NCBI GenBank assembly: GCA_937916005.1
Contig: CALGIA010000111.1
Coordinates: 1 to 59,177, forward strand
Length of the DNA: 59,177 nucleotides
Reading direction: 5' to 3'
DNA from: an uncultured Rhodospirillaceae bacterium
GTDB taxonomy: Bacteria > Pseudomonadota > Alphaproteobacteria > MPNO01
Each line of letters opens with the position of its first letter. Position 1 is the stretch's first letter. A model generated the notes under the pieces. That model was given only the letters and a program-made list of their open reading frames with translations, was not told the origin of the DNA and ran no database searches. Positions 19,823 through 30,046 of the stretch are shown here, piece by piece. A program made the translations under genes and the position numbers.

Positions 19823-21532
19823 TTGACGGGGCGACGTGAAACACCACGGGCTCACCCGGGAAAAAAGCGCGAACCGACGCCGAAAATTCGGACGGATGCC
19901 CGGACAGAAGCCCGGTTAGAGGAACGCCGCCGGTCTCACGGACGGCTGATATCGCCCCTGACCCGCCGGATTCTGACCGTCAACATGATCGCGCTCGGCA
20001 TCCTGGTGGGCGGATTGTTATATCTGGGACAATATGAAGACGGCTTGGTTGAGGCCGAGCTTGATGCGCTCAAAACCCAGGGCGAAATTTTCGCCGGCGC
20101 GATCGGTCAGGGCGCGGTCGGAACCGGCGCGGATGGATCCCAGACGTTGTTGCCGGAAGTGTCGCGCCAGTTGCTGCGCCGCCTGACCGAACCCACCCGG
20201 ACCCGGGCCCGGCTCTATGATAATAATGGAACGTTGGTTGCCGACAGCCGTTTTCTGAAGGGGCATGGCGGAAGCGTCGAAGTGGAGGACCTGCCGCCAC
20301 CCGAAAAAAGCGGCGGCGTTATGGGTTTATTTGAGAACGGCTATGAAACCCTCGTCACCTGGTTGCCGGCGCGCGGCGATCCGCCGCCCTATATGGAACG
20401 CGCCAATCAAACCGCATTTGACTATCCCGAAGTCACCAAGGCGTTGTCCGGCGAAACCGGACGCAAGGTCCGCCTGACCTCCGACAAGGCTAAAGTGCTG
20501 ATCGCCGCCATACCGGTTCAACGCTTCAAACAGGTCATGGGCGCCTTGATGCTGACCACGGGCGGCGCGGAAATCGAACTTGCGGTGCGCGATGTTCGGT
20601 TCGGTATTTTGAAAGTATTCGCCGTTGCGTTGGCGGTTACCGTCCTGCTGTCGTTTTATCTGGCCGGCACGATCGCCCGGCCGGTGCGCCGCCTGGCCGA
20701 AGCTGCCGATCAGATGCGTGGCGGCCAGCAGGGGCGGGCGGCAATTCCCGACTTCACCCGGCGGCGCGACGAAATCGGGGATTTGTCGGTTGCGTTGCGC
20801 GATATGACCGATGCGCTCTGGCGTCGCATGGAAGAAATTGAAAACTTCGCCGCCGATGTCGCCCATGAAATCAAGAATCCGCTGACGTCCTTGCGCAGCG
20901 CGGTGGAAACCGCTGCCCGCGTCACCGACCCGGATCAGCAGCGCCGCCTGATGTCGATCATTCAGCAGGATGTTATGAGAATGGACCGGTTGATCAGCGA
21001 TATCTCCGATGCGTCCCGGCTCGATGCCGAGCTCGCCCGCGCTGAGCTGGCGCCGGTGGATATGGGAAAGCTTCTTGATACGCTGGTACAGATCGAGGGC
21101 GCGAAGGCCAAAGACGGGGAACCCGGATTGACAAGCGACACTTTTGACCCGGGCGCGTGCGTTATCAACGGGATCGAGGGACGGTTGGTCCAGGTCATTC
21201 AGAACCTTGTCGGCAACGCTCTGTCTTTTAGCCCGCCGGGCGGTATTGTGCATCTTTCGGCAACGCGACAGAACGGTGAAATCCTGATTACAATTGATGA
21301 CAACGGTCCGGGCATTCCACCCGAAAATCTCGATTCCATATTCGAAAGATTTTATACCCAGCGGCCTGTTGCGGAGGCGTTCGGAACCCATTCCGGGCTT
21401 GGGCTCAGTATTTCACGCCAAATCATCGAGGCCCATGGCGGAAACATCGTCGCCACAAACCGATATGAAGACGGCGATGAACGGGGCGCAATCATCGGCG
21501 CACGTTTTGAAGTCCGTCTGCCGGCGGCATGA
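19823..21532 (+). CDS. chvG: sensor histidine kinase ChvG/ExoS/BvrS
   Basis: 569-aa ORF with a basic N-terminus, two TM segments around a periplasmic domain, a HAMP region, the H-box FAADVAHEIKNPLTSL, and an ATPase G-box (GLGLSISRQI). Start codon uncertain (TTG 19823). Confidence 0.85.
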   Translation: MTGRRETPRAHPGKKREPTPKIRTDARTEARLEERRRSHGRLISPLTRRILTVNMIALGILVGGLLYLGQYEDGLVEAELDALKTQGEIFAGAIGQGAVGTGADGSQTLLPEVSRQLLRRLTEPTRTRARLYDNNGTLVADSRFLKGHGGSVEVEDLPPPEKSGGVMGLFENGYETLVTWLPARGDPPPYMERANQTAFDYPEVTKALSGETGRKVRLTSDKAKVLIAAIPVQRFKQVMGALMLTTGGAEIELAVRDVRFGILKVFAVALAVTVLLSFYLAGTIARPVRRLAEAADQMRGGQQGRAAIPDFTRRRDEIGDLSVALRDMTDALWRRMEEIENFAADVAHEIKNPLTSLRSAVETAARVTDPDQQRRLMSIIQQDVMRMDRLISDISDASRLDAELARAELAPVDMGKLLDTLVQIEGAKAKDGEPGLTSDTFDPGACVINGIEGRLVQVIQNLVGNALSFSPPGGIVHLSATRQNGEILITIDDNGPGIPPENLDSIFERFYTQRPVAEAFGTHSGLGLSISRQIIEAHGGNIVATNRYEDGDERGAIIGARFEVRLPAA

Positions 21533-21533
21533 C

Positions 21534-22013
21534 ATGTCAAAAAAATCCATACATGGCGTCTGCGTGGAATTCGACGGCAAGGGGGTCCTGTTGCTGGGAC
21601 CATCCGGATCGGGGAAATCCGATCTCGCGCTGCGTCTGATCGATGGCGGCGCAAGGCTGGTAGCCGACGATCAGGTTGTGCTTGAACTGGAAGTCGGGGC
21701 GACAAAACCTTATATTGTTGCATCCGCGCCGACAGAAATTCACGGGTTGCTTGAGATACGGGGCATTGGGATTGTCGCGGTTGAGACCGTTCAGATTTCG
21801 CGACTTTCTCTTGTTGTTCAACTTGTGACACCGGACCTGATCGAGCGTCTTCCCGAAGGCGCTTCATGGAATTATCTTGGGGTTGAGATTCCGATGATTA
21901 TGCTGGCGCCATTTGAGGCATCGGCCGCAGCGAAGCTCCGCCTTGCCGTTCGCGCCCCAAACATGAATGATGGCGCAATGACGGATAACCCTGGTCCAAC
22001 ACATGCCAAATAA
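21534..22013 (+). CDS. hprK: HPr kinase/phosphorylase, short alphaproteobacterial form (C-terminal catalytic domain only)
   Basis: ATG 21534 lies 1 nt after the chvG TGA. 159 aa, with P-loop GPSGSGKSDLAL and LEIRGIGI. The upstream part of ORF 21294-22013 overlaps chvG and is not coding. Confidence 0.85.
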   Translation: MSKKSIHGVCVEFDGKGVLLLGPSGSGKSDLALRLIDGGARLVADDQVVLELEVGATKPYIVASAPTEIHGLLEIRGIGIVAVETVQISRLSLVVQLVTPDLIERLPEGASWNYLGVEIPMIMLAPFEASAAAKLRLAVRAPNMNDGAMTDNPGPTHAK

Positions 22014-22938
22014 AAAACAAACTCCAGATGGAAATTCTCGGCCAAGGCCTGAAGCAGCCGGCGCAAGCGCGTTGTTCCGCGTGCTTCTGGTCACCGGCAT
22101 GTCGGGTGCGGGCAAAACCGCGGCGCTCAAAGACCTGGAGGATATGGGGTATGAGGCGGTGGATAATCTGCCGTTGTCTCTGGTGAGCGCGCTGGTCGCG
22201 CCGGCGGCGCGGTCGGGCCTTCCCATTGCGATCGGGATCGACATCCGGACCCGGGATTTCGGGATCGTGCAATTCCTGCACGAAATCGATGAACTGATCG
22301 CCAACGGCAATTACGATGCACGATTGCTGTTTCTCGATTGCGACGATGACGTTCTGCGGCGTCGGTTTACCGAAACCCGTCGGCGCCATCCGCTGGCGCT
22401 GGATCGCCCGGTGGAGGACGGAATCCGTCATGAACGGCGGTTGATGTCGGAACTGCGCGACCGCGCCGATCTTGTCGTCGATACAACAAGCCTGATTCTT
22501 GGAGATTTGAAACGGGTGCTGCACGGGCATTTCGCGCTGGACGCGTCACCGGGCATCGTTGTTTTCGTGACGTCATTTTCCTATCGCCGCGGATTGCCGC
22601 CGGAAGCGGATATCGTTTTCGATGCGCGATTCCTGGCCAATCCACATTATGTCGCCGAGTTGAGAGACCTTACGGGTCTTGATTCAGCGGTTGGCGCGTA
22701 TGTCGCCGCGGATGAGGGCTTCGACATTTTTTTCAAATCGGTAACGACCATGCTGGGGTCGCTCCTGCCCAGGTTCAGCCAGGAAGGCAAAAGCTATCTG
22801 ACCATCGCCGTCGGTTGCACGGGCGGTAAACACAGATCGGTCTATGTGGCGGAACAAATTGCGGCTTGGCTCTGTGAAAATGGTGAACAGGCGGGTATAT
22901 CCCACCGAGATTTGCCGGGCGCGCGAGCGCGCGCCTGA
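22003..22938 (+). CDS. rapZ: RNase adapter protein RapZ (YhbJ family)
   Basis: 311-aa ORF with Walker A GMSGAGKT, DIRTRDF, and C-terminal IAVGCTGGKHRSV. It overlaps hprK by 11 nt. GTG 22081 is an alternative start. Confidence 0.88.
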   Translation: MPNKKQTPDGNSRPRPEAAGASALFRVLLVTGMSGAGKTAALKDLEDMGYEAVDNLPLSLVSALVAPAARSGLPIAIGIDIRTRDFGIVQFLHEIDELIANGNYDARLLFLDCDDDVLRRRFTETRRRHPLALDRPVEDGIRHERRLMSELRDRADLVVDTTSLILGDLKRVLHGHFALDASPGIVVFVTSFSYRRGLPPEADIVFDARFLANPHYVAELRDLTGLDSAVGAYVAADEGFDIFFKSVTTMLGSLLPRFSQEGKSYLTIAVGCTGGKHRSVYVAEQIAAWLCENGEQAGISHRDLPGARARA

Positions 22939-22953
22939 ACTGACGGGAATTAA

Positions 22954-23376
22954 ATGATGATAGGTATCGTTCTGGTAACTCATGGCAGGCTCGCCGATGA
23001 GTTCGCCGCCGCGCTGGAACATGTCGTTGGACCGCAGGATCAGGTCTCCACGGTCTGTATCGGCCCGAATGACGACATGGAACAACGCCGGCAGGATATC
23101 ATTGCAAGCGTTACCGCCGTTGATGATGGGGGTGGCGTCGTGGTGCTGACCGATATGTTCGGTGGGACGCCGTCCAATCTTGCTATTTCGGTCATGAACG
23201 AGGCGCCTGTTGAGGTCATAGCGGGCGTCAACCTGCCCATGTTGGTCAAGCTCGCAAGCGTGCGCGCGACACACTCGCGTGCCGACGCGGTTGAACTGGC
23301 GCAGGAGGCGGGCCGGAAATATATTAGTGTTGCGTCCATCCTGTTGGGCGAAAATGCCGGCGTGAAGCCGAAATGA
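22954..23376 (+). CDS. PTS EIIA component, mannose/fructose family (EIIA-Man-like)
   Basis: 140-aa ORF. The N-terminus IGIVLVTHG contains the phosphorylatable His context. No EIIB/C/D genes are adjacent. Confidence 0.85.
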   Translation: MMIGIVLVTHGRLADEFAAALEHVVGPQDQVSTVCIGPNDDMEQRRQDIIASVTAVDDGGGVVVLTDMFGGTPSNLAISVMNEAPVEVIAGVNLPMLVKLASVRATHSRADAVELAQEAGRKYISVASILLGENAGVKPK

Positions 23377-23672
23377 ACGATACTTCCGGCGATGCCCGGC
23401 GCGGGGCGACAATCGTCAATCAGCGCGGGCTGCATGCGCGGGCATCGGCACAGTTGGCGAAAATTGCCGGAAGATATGAAGCTCACGTCATTATCTCGAC
23501 GAAATCCGATGAGGTTTCGGCGCTGTCGATCATGGGAATGTTGATGCTGGCGGCCACCAAGGGGACCCGGCTGAACATTCGCGGCGACGGCGTCGACGCG
23601 GAACAGGCCGTCGCGGCGATTGCCCAAATGATTGAAAATGGGTTCGAGGAGGAAGATTTTCCGGGTTGTTGA
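23373..23672 (+). CDS. ptsH: HPr/NPr-family phosphocarrier protein
   Basis: 99-aa ORF with the His-15 region NQRGLHARASAQL and the regulatory Ser region SALSIMGMLML. ATGA overlap with the EIIA gene. Confidence 0.85.
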   Translation: MNDTSGDARRGATIVNQRGLHARASAQLAKIAGRYEAHVIISTKSDEVSALSIMGMLMLAATKGTRLNIRGDGVDAEQAVAAIAQMIENGFEEEDFPGC

Positions 23673-23880
23673 AATAGTGGAATGGCGAAACTATTCATCG
23701 AAAATTTATTCGCCACCCAGCATCGATTTGCACGGAAAAATAACGAAATTGGGCTATTTACTTGCGCCGTCGCGCGGCTGACTGCTATATGACCCCGCTC
23801 GAAACCTGCCGGAATGCGCCCAATAATTCAATTGCGCCCGTCCAGGCCTTTAATTCGCCGCTCAACCCCCGGAGACTCTT

Positions 23881-25176
23881 ATGACCGCAACGACAGATTA
23901 CAAAGTAGCTGATATGTCCCTGGCCGACTGGGGCCGCAAGGAAATCACCATTGCCGAGACCGAAATGCCCGGCTTGATGGCGCTGCGTGAGGAATTCGGG
24001 GCGGCCAAACCCCTGGCGGATGCGCGTATCGTCGGTTGTTTGCATATGACCATTCAGACCGCTGTGCTGATTGAAACACTGACCGCGCTGGGCGCGACGG
24101 TGCGCTGGAGCTCCTGCAATATTTTCTCGACCCAGGATCACGCCGCAGCGGCGATTGCGGCCACGGGCGTTCCGGTATTCGCCTGGAAGGGTCTGTCGGA
24201 GGAAGAATTCTGGTGGTGCATCAACAAAACCGTCGAGGGTCCCGATGGCTGGAAGCCCAATCTGATCCTGGACGACGGCGGTGATCTGACCAAGCTGATC
24301 CATGAAGAACACGGCGATCTGCTGAACGACATTCGCGGATTGTCGGAGGAAACCACCACCGGGGTTCACCGTCTGTATGAGATGTCCAAGGCAGGTACGC
24401 TGAAGGTTCCGGCGATCAACGTGAATGATTCCGTGACCAAATCGAAATTCGACAATCTGTATGGCTGCCGTGAAAGCCTGGTGGATGGCATCAAGCGCGC
24501 CACCGATGTGATGATCGCGGGCAAGGTCGCCGTGGTGTGCGGCTTCGGCGATGTGGGCAAGGGGTCGGCGGCATCGCTGCGGAACCAGGGCGCCCGCGTG
24601 CTGGTCACCGAAATCGATCCGATCTGCGCGTTGCAGGCGGCGATGGAAGGTTATCAAGTGGTGACCATGGAAGAGGCTGCGAGCATTGGCCAGATCTTCG
24701 TCACCTGCACTGGTAATGTCGACGTCATCACGCTCGACCATATGCGTCAGATGCCTGATCGGGCGATTGTCTGCAATATCGGCCATTTCGACAGCGAGAT
24801 TCAGATCGAGGCGCTGCGCAATTACAAATGGGAAGAAATCAAACCCCAGGTCGATGAAGTCGAATTTGCCGATGGCAAGAAGCTGATCGTGCTGGCCGAA
24901 GGCCGGCTGGTGAACCTCGGCTGCGCTACCGGGCATCCCAGCTTCGTGATGAGCGCTTCCTTCACCAACCAGGTGCTGGCGCAGATCGAGCTTTGGGAAA
25001 ATTATAAGAACTATAAAAACGATGTCTATGTTCTGCCCAAGAATCTGGACGAAAAAGTGGCCACCCTTCATCTGAAAAAGCTTGGCGTGAATTTGACCGA
25101 GCTGACCACGGAACAGGCTGATTATCTGGGCCTCAAGAAGGAAGGCCCCTATAAGCCCGACCATTACAGGTACTAG
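23881..25176 (+). CDS. ahcY: adenosylhomocysteinase
   Basis: 431-aa ORF starting [16 protein letters not shown], with NAD-binding [17 protein letters not shown] and C-terminal PDHYRY. Confidence 0.97.
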   Translation: MTATTDYKVADMSLADWGRKEITIAETEMPGLMALREEFGAAKPLADARIVGCLHMTIQTAVLIETLTALGATVRWSSCNIFSTQDHAAAAIAATGVPVFAWKGLSEEEFWWCINKTVEGPDGWKPNLILDDGGDLTKLIHEEHGDLLNDIRGLSEETTTGVHRLYEMSKAGTLKVPAINVNDSVTKSKFDNLYGCRESLVDGIKRATDVMIAGKVAVVCGFGDVGKGSAASLRNQGARVLVTEIDPICALQAAMEGYQVVTMEEAASIGQIFVTCTGNVDVITLDHMRQMPDRAIVCNIGHFDSEIQIEALRNYKWEEIKPQVDEVEFADGKKLIVLAEGRLVNLGCATGHPSFVMSASFTNQVLAQIELWENYKNYKNDVYVLPKNLDEKVATLHLKKLGVNLTELTTEQADYLGLKKEGPYKPDHYRY

Positions 25177-25187
25177 GCGCAAAACCC

Positions 25188-27722
25188 GTGGAACCCGAGA
25201 ACGGGTACAGGTTTCCGGTCCGGAACCCACGTGTCGTCGCGGGCGCCAAAGGGGCGCGCCTGTCCCTACTTGCGGTTCCCTTGATTCTGAATTCGGGGCA
25301 GGCCAACGCGGCTGATCTTTCTGATCTTCTGGTCTCACTCGACCCGACCATGGGGGTATGGGCGGGGTTGGCCGCGACGACCGTCGCGCTTGGCGCGGCG
25401 TTTCATTATCGCAATCGACTGAAAACATCCGAAGCCGAAAACGTCCGAAGCGCCGAAGTCGCCAGAAAGCTGGCTGAACTTCTGAACGCGTCACCCGATC
25501 AGTTCCTGTGCTGGGACCTGGCCGCGGGCGGCGAAGAGACCTCTCCCGGGCTCGCGTCCATTGTCGGTCTGCCGACAACGGAATCCGTCCGGTTTTCCAA
25601 TATCTGCGGACTATTCGGCGGTGCCGACCGCGCCCGTCTTGAGGCCGCCGTCGAGGCGCTTCATGCGGGCGGAGAAGAATTCGAACTCACGCTCGACACC
25701 CCGGCGGGGCAGACGCCCATCGGCCAACGCACGCTTTGTCTTCGGGGCGCGGCAATTATCGATGACGACGGAACGCCCGCGACTTCCGTTGTCTGGGTGC
25801 GGGATGAAACACGCAATGCGGTCAATAACCGGTGCTTGCGAGGTCAACTGGCCGAGGCAAGATATCTGCTTGATTCCCTGCCGGTACCGGTTTGGCAGCG
25901 CGGTGAGACTCTCGATCTGGAATACGTCAATCGCGCTTATGCGGACGCCGTAGGCGCGGATCCATCCTCGTCCCCGGAATCGTGGCCGGAACTGGCAGGC
26001 GGCGCGGGCGATCCGCAGGGCCGCAACGTGGCGCGCCGGGCGAAGGGCGGAGAGGAACAGGCGAGCGAGACCGTCCACGTGGTCATGGGAGGCGCGCGCC
26101 GGCTCGTTCAGATCACCGAAACCCGTCTGCCCGGTGGAAATAATATCGCGGGCTACGCGCTTGATTTGACCGAGACGGAAGATACCAAGGCAGAACTCAG
26201 CCGTCACATTGCCGGGCATGAAGACGTGTTGCACATACTTGGAACGGCGATCGCAATCTACGACGCAGATCACAAATTGCGATTTTTCAATAACGCCTTC
26301 CTGCGCATCTGGGAACTGGACGAGAATTGGTTACGGAGCGCCCCCACACTGGGTGAAATATTGGAAGCATTGCGGGAAAGCCGGCGTCTCCCCGAACAGG
26401 CCAATTTCCCCGAATTCAAGGCCGAACGGCTCCGGCAATTCACTTCACTGATGGAACCGCTGGAAGAACTCATCTATCTACCCGACGGGTCGACCTATCG
26501 TTCGGTGATCGCGCCGCACCCCTTTGGAGGGTTGTTGCTGACCTGGGAAGACGTCAGCGACACACTGGCCCTGGAGCGGTCCTACAACACCTTGATTGCC
26601 GTGCAGCGCGAAACGCTCAACAATCTGTATGAAGGCATTGCCGTGATCGGTTCCGACGGCAGATTGCAACTCAGCAACCCGGCGTTCGGCAGTATGTGGC
26701 AAATGAATGAGGAGGAGCTTGCCGCATCGCCGCATATTTCCGATCTTGTCGAGCAGATGCGGGAATTTATTGTCCAGGAGGCGGATTGGCCATCGCAAAA
26801 GGAAGACATCATCGTGATGTTGACCGACCGCGAAGGGCTTACCGGCCGCCTGGAACGAACCGATGGCTCGATCCTCGATTATGCAACCGATCCGCTTCCC
26901 GACGGCGCCATGTTGCTGAGCTATCTCGATGTCAGCGATTCGACCCGGGTGGAGCGGGCGTTGCGCGAACGCAATGACGCGCTGGAAACCGCCGACCGGC
27001 TGAAGTCCGAATTCATTGCAAATGTTTCATACGAACTGCGTACGCCGCTCAACACAATTATCGGATTTGCAGAAATCATGAACGGTCAGTATTTCGGTAC
27101 GCTGAATGACCGGCAGATGGAGTATAGCGGCGGCATTCTGGAATCGTCGCAACGGTTGTTGTCGCTGATCAACGACATCCTTGATCTTGCCAGCATTGAA
27201 TCCGGGCATCTCGTCCTGGAGCCTGAACCCGTCAATCTGCACGATCTTTTATCGAGCGTCCTGACGCTGACCCGTGAACGCATGCGCAAAAAAGGCCTGT
27301 TTCTGGATTTCGATTGCCCGATTGAAATCGGGTCGATCATGGCCGACGGCCGGCGGCTCAAACAGGCGCTCTTCAACATCATGAGCAACTCGGTCAAATT
27401 CACGCCTGAAGGCGGATCAATCACCGTATCGGCGCGTCGCACCGACAGCCGGGTCATGTTGACGTTCACGGACACGGGGATCGGCATCAGCGATGCGGAC
27501 CAATCCCATATCTTCAACAAATTTGAACGGGGCACCAGCAAAGACGCCCGCCAGGCCGGCGCCGGCGTCGGCCTTGGGCTATCCCTTGTCAGGAATTTCA
27601 TCGAACTCCATGGCGGTCAGGTAGAGCTTGAATCGGAAGAGGGCGTGGGAACAAAAGTGACGTGCGTCCTGCCGGCACGGGAAGTCACCGATATCATCCC
27701 GGCGGAAATGAAAGCGCTCTGA
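25188..27722 (+). CDS. membrane-associated multi-PAS sensor histidine kinase
   Basis: 844-aa ORF with hydrophobic N-terminal segments, several PAS-like repeats, the H-box FIANVSYELRTPLNTIIGF, and N/G boxes (FNIMSNSVKFT, GVGLGLSLV). GTG 25188 has no obvious RBS. ATG 25350 (MGVWAGLAATT...) is an alternative start. Confidence 0.85.
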   Translation: MEPENGYRFPVRNPRVVAGAKGARLSLLAVPLILNSGQANAADLSDLLVSLDPTMGVWAGLAATTVALGAAFHYRNRLKTSEAENVRSAEVARKLAELLNASPDQFLCWDLAAGGEETSPGLASIVGLPTTESVRFSNICGLFGGADRARLEAAVEALHAGGEEFELTLDTPAGQTPIGQRTLCLRGAAIIDDDGTPATSVVWVRDETRNAVNNRCLRGQLAEARYLLDSLPVPVWQRGETLDLEYVNRAYADAVGADPSSSPESWPELAGGAGDPQGRNVARRAKGGEEQASETVHVVMGGARRLVQITETRLPGGNNIAGYALDLTETEDTKAELSRHIAGHEDVLHILGTAIAIYDADHKLRFFNNAFLRIWELDENWLRSAPTLGEILEALRESRRLPEQANFPEFKAERLRQFTSLMEPLEELIYLPDGSTYRSVIAPHPFGGLLLTWEDVSDTLALERSYNTLIAVQRETLNNLYEGIAVIGSDGRLQLSNPAFGSMWQMNEEELAASPHISDLVEQMREFIVQEADWPSQKEDIIVMLTDREGLTGRLERTDGSILDYATDPLPDGAMLLSYLDVSDSTRVERALRERNDALETADRLKSEFIANVSYELRTPLNTIIGFAEIMNGQYFGTLNDRQMEYSGGILESSQRLLSLINDILDLASIESGHLVLEPEPVNLHDLLSSVLTLTRERMRKKGLFLDFDCPIEIGSIMADGRRLKQALFNIMSNSVKFTPEGGSITVSARRTDSRVMLTFTDTGIGISDADQSHIFNKFERGTSKDARQAGAGVGLGLSLVRNFIELHGGQVELESEEGVGTKVTCVLPAREVTDIIPAEMKAL

Positions 27723-27803
27723 GCCATTCGCCGCTTACGGGGTATGACGCGGCATCGCACCGACCCGTTCCGCCAAATCAGATTTTGATATATCATCCGG
27801 CCG

Positions 27804-28310
27804 ATGGTCAAACCTATCGTGGCGGCATCGCCGATCTTACTGGAACTGTCCGATCTGGAGGCAACCCGTGCCTTGGCCGGACGGATTGCCTCGTGGGTGC
27901 GGCCAGGCGACGTTCTGGCGCTGAGCGGCGCGTTAGGCGCGGGAAAAACGGCCTTTGCCCGGGCTTTTATCGAAGCTTTCGCCAAGCGCGCCGGCGCGCC
28001 GACGCCCGAGGAAATACCGAGCCCGACCTTCACTCTGGTGCAGGTTTATGAATTCGAGGATTGCCAAATTTATCACTTTGATTTGTATCGCGTGGACACA
28101 CCCACGGAAGTCTATGAGTTGGGAATCGAAGACGCTTTTGCCGATTCTGTTTCCCTGATCGAGTGGCCGGACCGGCTTGGCGCGCTGTTGCCGGGCGACC
28201 GCCTGGAAATCGAATTGCGGGACGGGGCGACTGAAAACGCGCGCCAAGCGGAAATCACTTTCCTTGGCGCCTGGTCCGATCGCGTAACAGAGATTTTCCC
28301 CAATGACTGA
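27804..28310 (+). CDS. tsaE: tRNA t6A37 biosynthesis ATPase TsaE
   Basis: 168-aa ORF with P-loop LSGALGAGKTAFAR, SPTFTLV and HFDLYR motifs. Confidence 0.88.
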   Translation: MVKPIVAASPILLELSDLEATRALAGRIASWVRPGDVLALSGALGAGKTAFARAFIEAFAKRAGAPTPEEIPSPTFTLVQVYEFEDCQIYHFDLYRVDTPTEVYELGIEDAFADSVSLIEWPDRLGALLPGDRLEIELRDGATENARQAEITFLGAWSDRVTEIFPND

Positions 28311-29316
28311 CCGTTCGCGCCAAATCGACGATTTCCTGGAATCCTGCGGCTGGTCCGGCGCGGAGCGCGCAATCCTGGCCGCCGACGCTTCGTTTCGCCG
28401 CTATGACCGCATTCGTCTGGGGCCGCGCCGCGCGGTGTTGATGGATGCGCCGCCCGACAAGGAAGACATCGTCCCCTTTTTGCGAGTCGCCCGGCATTTG
28501 TGCGGGCTGGGATACAGCGCGCCGGAGATCCTGGCGGAAAACGTTGATCTTGGCCTGTTGCTGCTGGAGGATTTTGGTGACGACACCTACACCAGATTGC
28601 TCGGGCGCGGCGAAGACGAGGCGGCGCTCTATCGGCTGGCGACCGATCTGCTGATCGATCTTCATTCGCGCCCGGAGGGCGACGCCCTGCCAGACGGACT
28701 GCCCCCTTATAGCGATACGCTTTTTCTGGATGAGGCCTCGCTGTTGGTGGAATGGTATCTGCCGGCGGTCTCGGATACCGGCAGTTCGGACGAAACCCGT
28801 TCCAGCTACAGGGATTGCTGGGCCACACTGATGCCGCACGCGCGGCGCGTTCCCGATTCCCTGGTGCTGCGTGATTTCCATGTGGATAATCTGATGCGGC
28901 TTGATGGCCGCGTGGGGGTATCGGCCTGTGGCCTGCTGGATTTCCAGGATGCGGTCGCCGGGCCGGCAAGTTACGATTTGGTCTCGTTGCTGGAAGATGC
29001 GCGGCGCGATATCCCTGAACAACTGGTCGCGGAAATGCGCGACCGTTACCTGAACGCTTTCCCGGATTTGGACCGTGACGCCTTTCTTGCCTCCTGCGCG
29101 ATCCTTGGCGCGCAGCGTCATTGCAAGGTCATCGGTATTTTTTCCCGGCTTTGCGTGCGGGACGGCAAGCCGGATTATCTGCCTCACATCCCCCGGGTCT
29201 GGAGGCTGCTGGAAAACTCCGTGACCCATCCGGTCATGGAGCCGTTGCGCCGGTGGCTCGATGAAAATATTCCCATGTCCCTTCGCACCATACCCTCTGT
29301 TGAGGCCTGCCGATGA
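28303..29316 (+). CDS. aminoglycoside phosphotransferase-fold kinase, AmgK-like (anomeric MurNAc/GlcNAc kinase)
   Basis: 337-aa ORF with the APH/choline-kinase catalytic motif LVLRDFHVDNLM and DFQDA. It overlaps tsaE by 8 nt and is followed by a MurU-like gene. Confidence 0.7.
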   Translation: MTDRSRQIDDFLESCGWSGAERAILAADASFRRYDRIRLGPRRAVLMDAPPDKEDIVPFLRVARHLCGLGYSAPEILAENVDLGLLLLEDFGDDTYTRLLGRGEDEAALYRLATDLLIDLHSRPEGDALPDGLPPYSDTLFLDEASLLVEWYLPAVSDTGSSDETRSSYRDCWATLMPHARRVPDSLVLRDFHVDNLMRLDGRVGVSACGLLDFQDAVAGPASYDLVSLLEDARRDIPEQLVAEMRDRYLNAFPDLDRDAFLASCAILGAQRHCKVIGIFSRLCVRDGKPDYLPHIPRVWRLLENSVTHPVMEPLRRWLDENIPMSLRTIPSVEACR

Positions 29317-30044
29317 GCGCCCCCACCCGTGTCCCCACCCGTGCCATGGTTCTTGCCGCCGGGTTGGGCCTGCGGCTTCGCCCGATCACCGATTCCCTGC
29401 CAAAGCCGCTGGTCAGTGTGGCCGGACGGACTATGCTTGATCGCGCGCTGGATCACCTGGAAGCTTTCGGCATCGAAACCGCAGCCGTAAATTGTCACTA
29501 CCTTGCGGACATGATCGAGCGGCATGTGGCGGACCGAATATCCTCTCGGCCCCGGCCCCGAATCGATCTGTTCCGAGAGGAAATTTTACTCGATACGGGC
29601 GGCGGTGTCTCCAATGCCCTGCCCGCCCTTGGAACCGATCCGTTCTTTGTGGCCAATGCGGATATCATCTGGACCGATGGCGCGCACCCCGCGCTTGCGC
29701 GTTTGGCCGGGTTCTGGCGCGATGACGACATGGATGCGCTGTTGCTGATGCACCCGGTCGACAAAGCTGTCGGCTATCGTGGCAGCGGCGATTTTTTTTG
29801 CGATGATGCGGGTCGTTTGCGCCGTCGTTCGCCGACGGAAATATCGCCGCTGGTTTTCGCCGGCGTTCAGATTCTGCATCCCCGGCTGTTGGACGATGCG
29901 CCGAAGGGTGCGTTCTCCCTGAACCTGCTCTATGACGCGGCGGAAAAAGACCGGCGGCTATTTGGCCTGGTCCATGACGGCGGTTGGTTCCATGTGGGGA
30001 CCCCGGATGCGCTGGATGAAGCCTCCGGCCTGTTGGCCCGGTAA
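29313..30044 (+). CDS. sugar-1-phosphate nucleotidyltransferase, MurU-like
   Basis: 243-aa ORF. The N-terminus AMVLAAGLGLRLRPITDSLPKPLV is the GxGxRxnK nucleotidyltransferase signature. ATGA overlap with the preceding kinase gene. Confidence 0.7.
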   Translation: MSAPTRVPTRAMVLAAGLGLRLRPITDSLPKPLVSVAGRTMLDRALDHLEAFGIETAAVNCHYLADMIERHVADRISSRPRPRIDLFREEILLDTGGGVSNALPALGTDPFFVANADIIWTDGAHPALARLAGFWRDDDMDALLLMHPVDKAVGYRGSGDFFCDDAGRLRRRSPTEISPLVFAGVQILHPRLLDDAPKGAFSLNLLYDAAEKDRRLFGLVHDGGWFHVGTPDALDEASGLLAR

Positions 30045-30046
30045 CG

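Noticed and set aside
21294-21533. 80-codon N-terminal extension of the hprK ORF
   Set aside because: It overlaps the chvG ATPase domain in another frame. The conserved HprK sequence begins at ATG 21534, 1 nt after the chvG stop.
23673-23880. SAH riboswitch in the ahcY leader
   Set aside because: The 208-nt leader contains fragments vaguely like SAH-riboswitch segments (GCGCCGTCGCG, CAGGCC, CGCCGCTCAAC). I could not assemble the P1/P2/P4 helices and pseudoknot of that class from them. A cmsearch with Rfam RF01057 would settle it.
23785-25578. 597-aa - strand ORF, the longest unexplained ORF in the window
   Set aside because: It is entirely antisense to ahcY and the start of the PAS kinase. 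The composition is Arg/Pro/Gly/Gln-rich, with no recognisable domain and no RBS. It is a shadow ORF.
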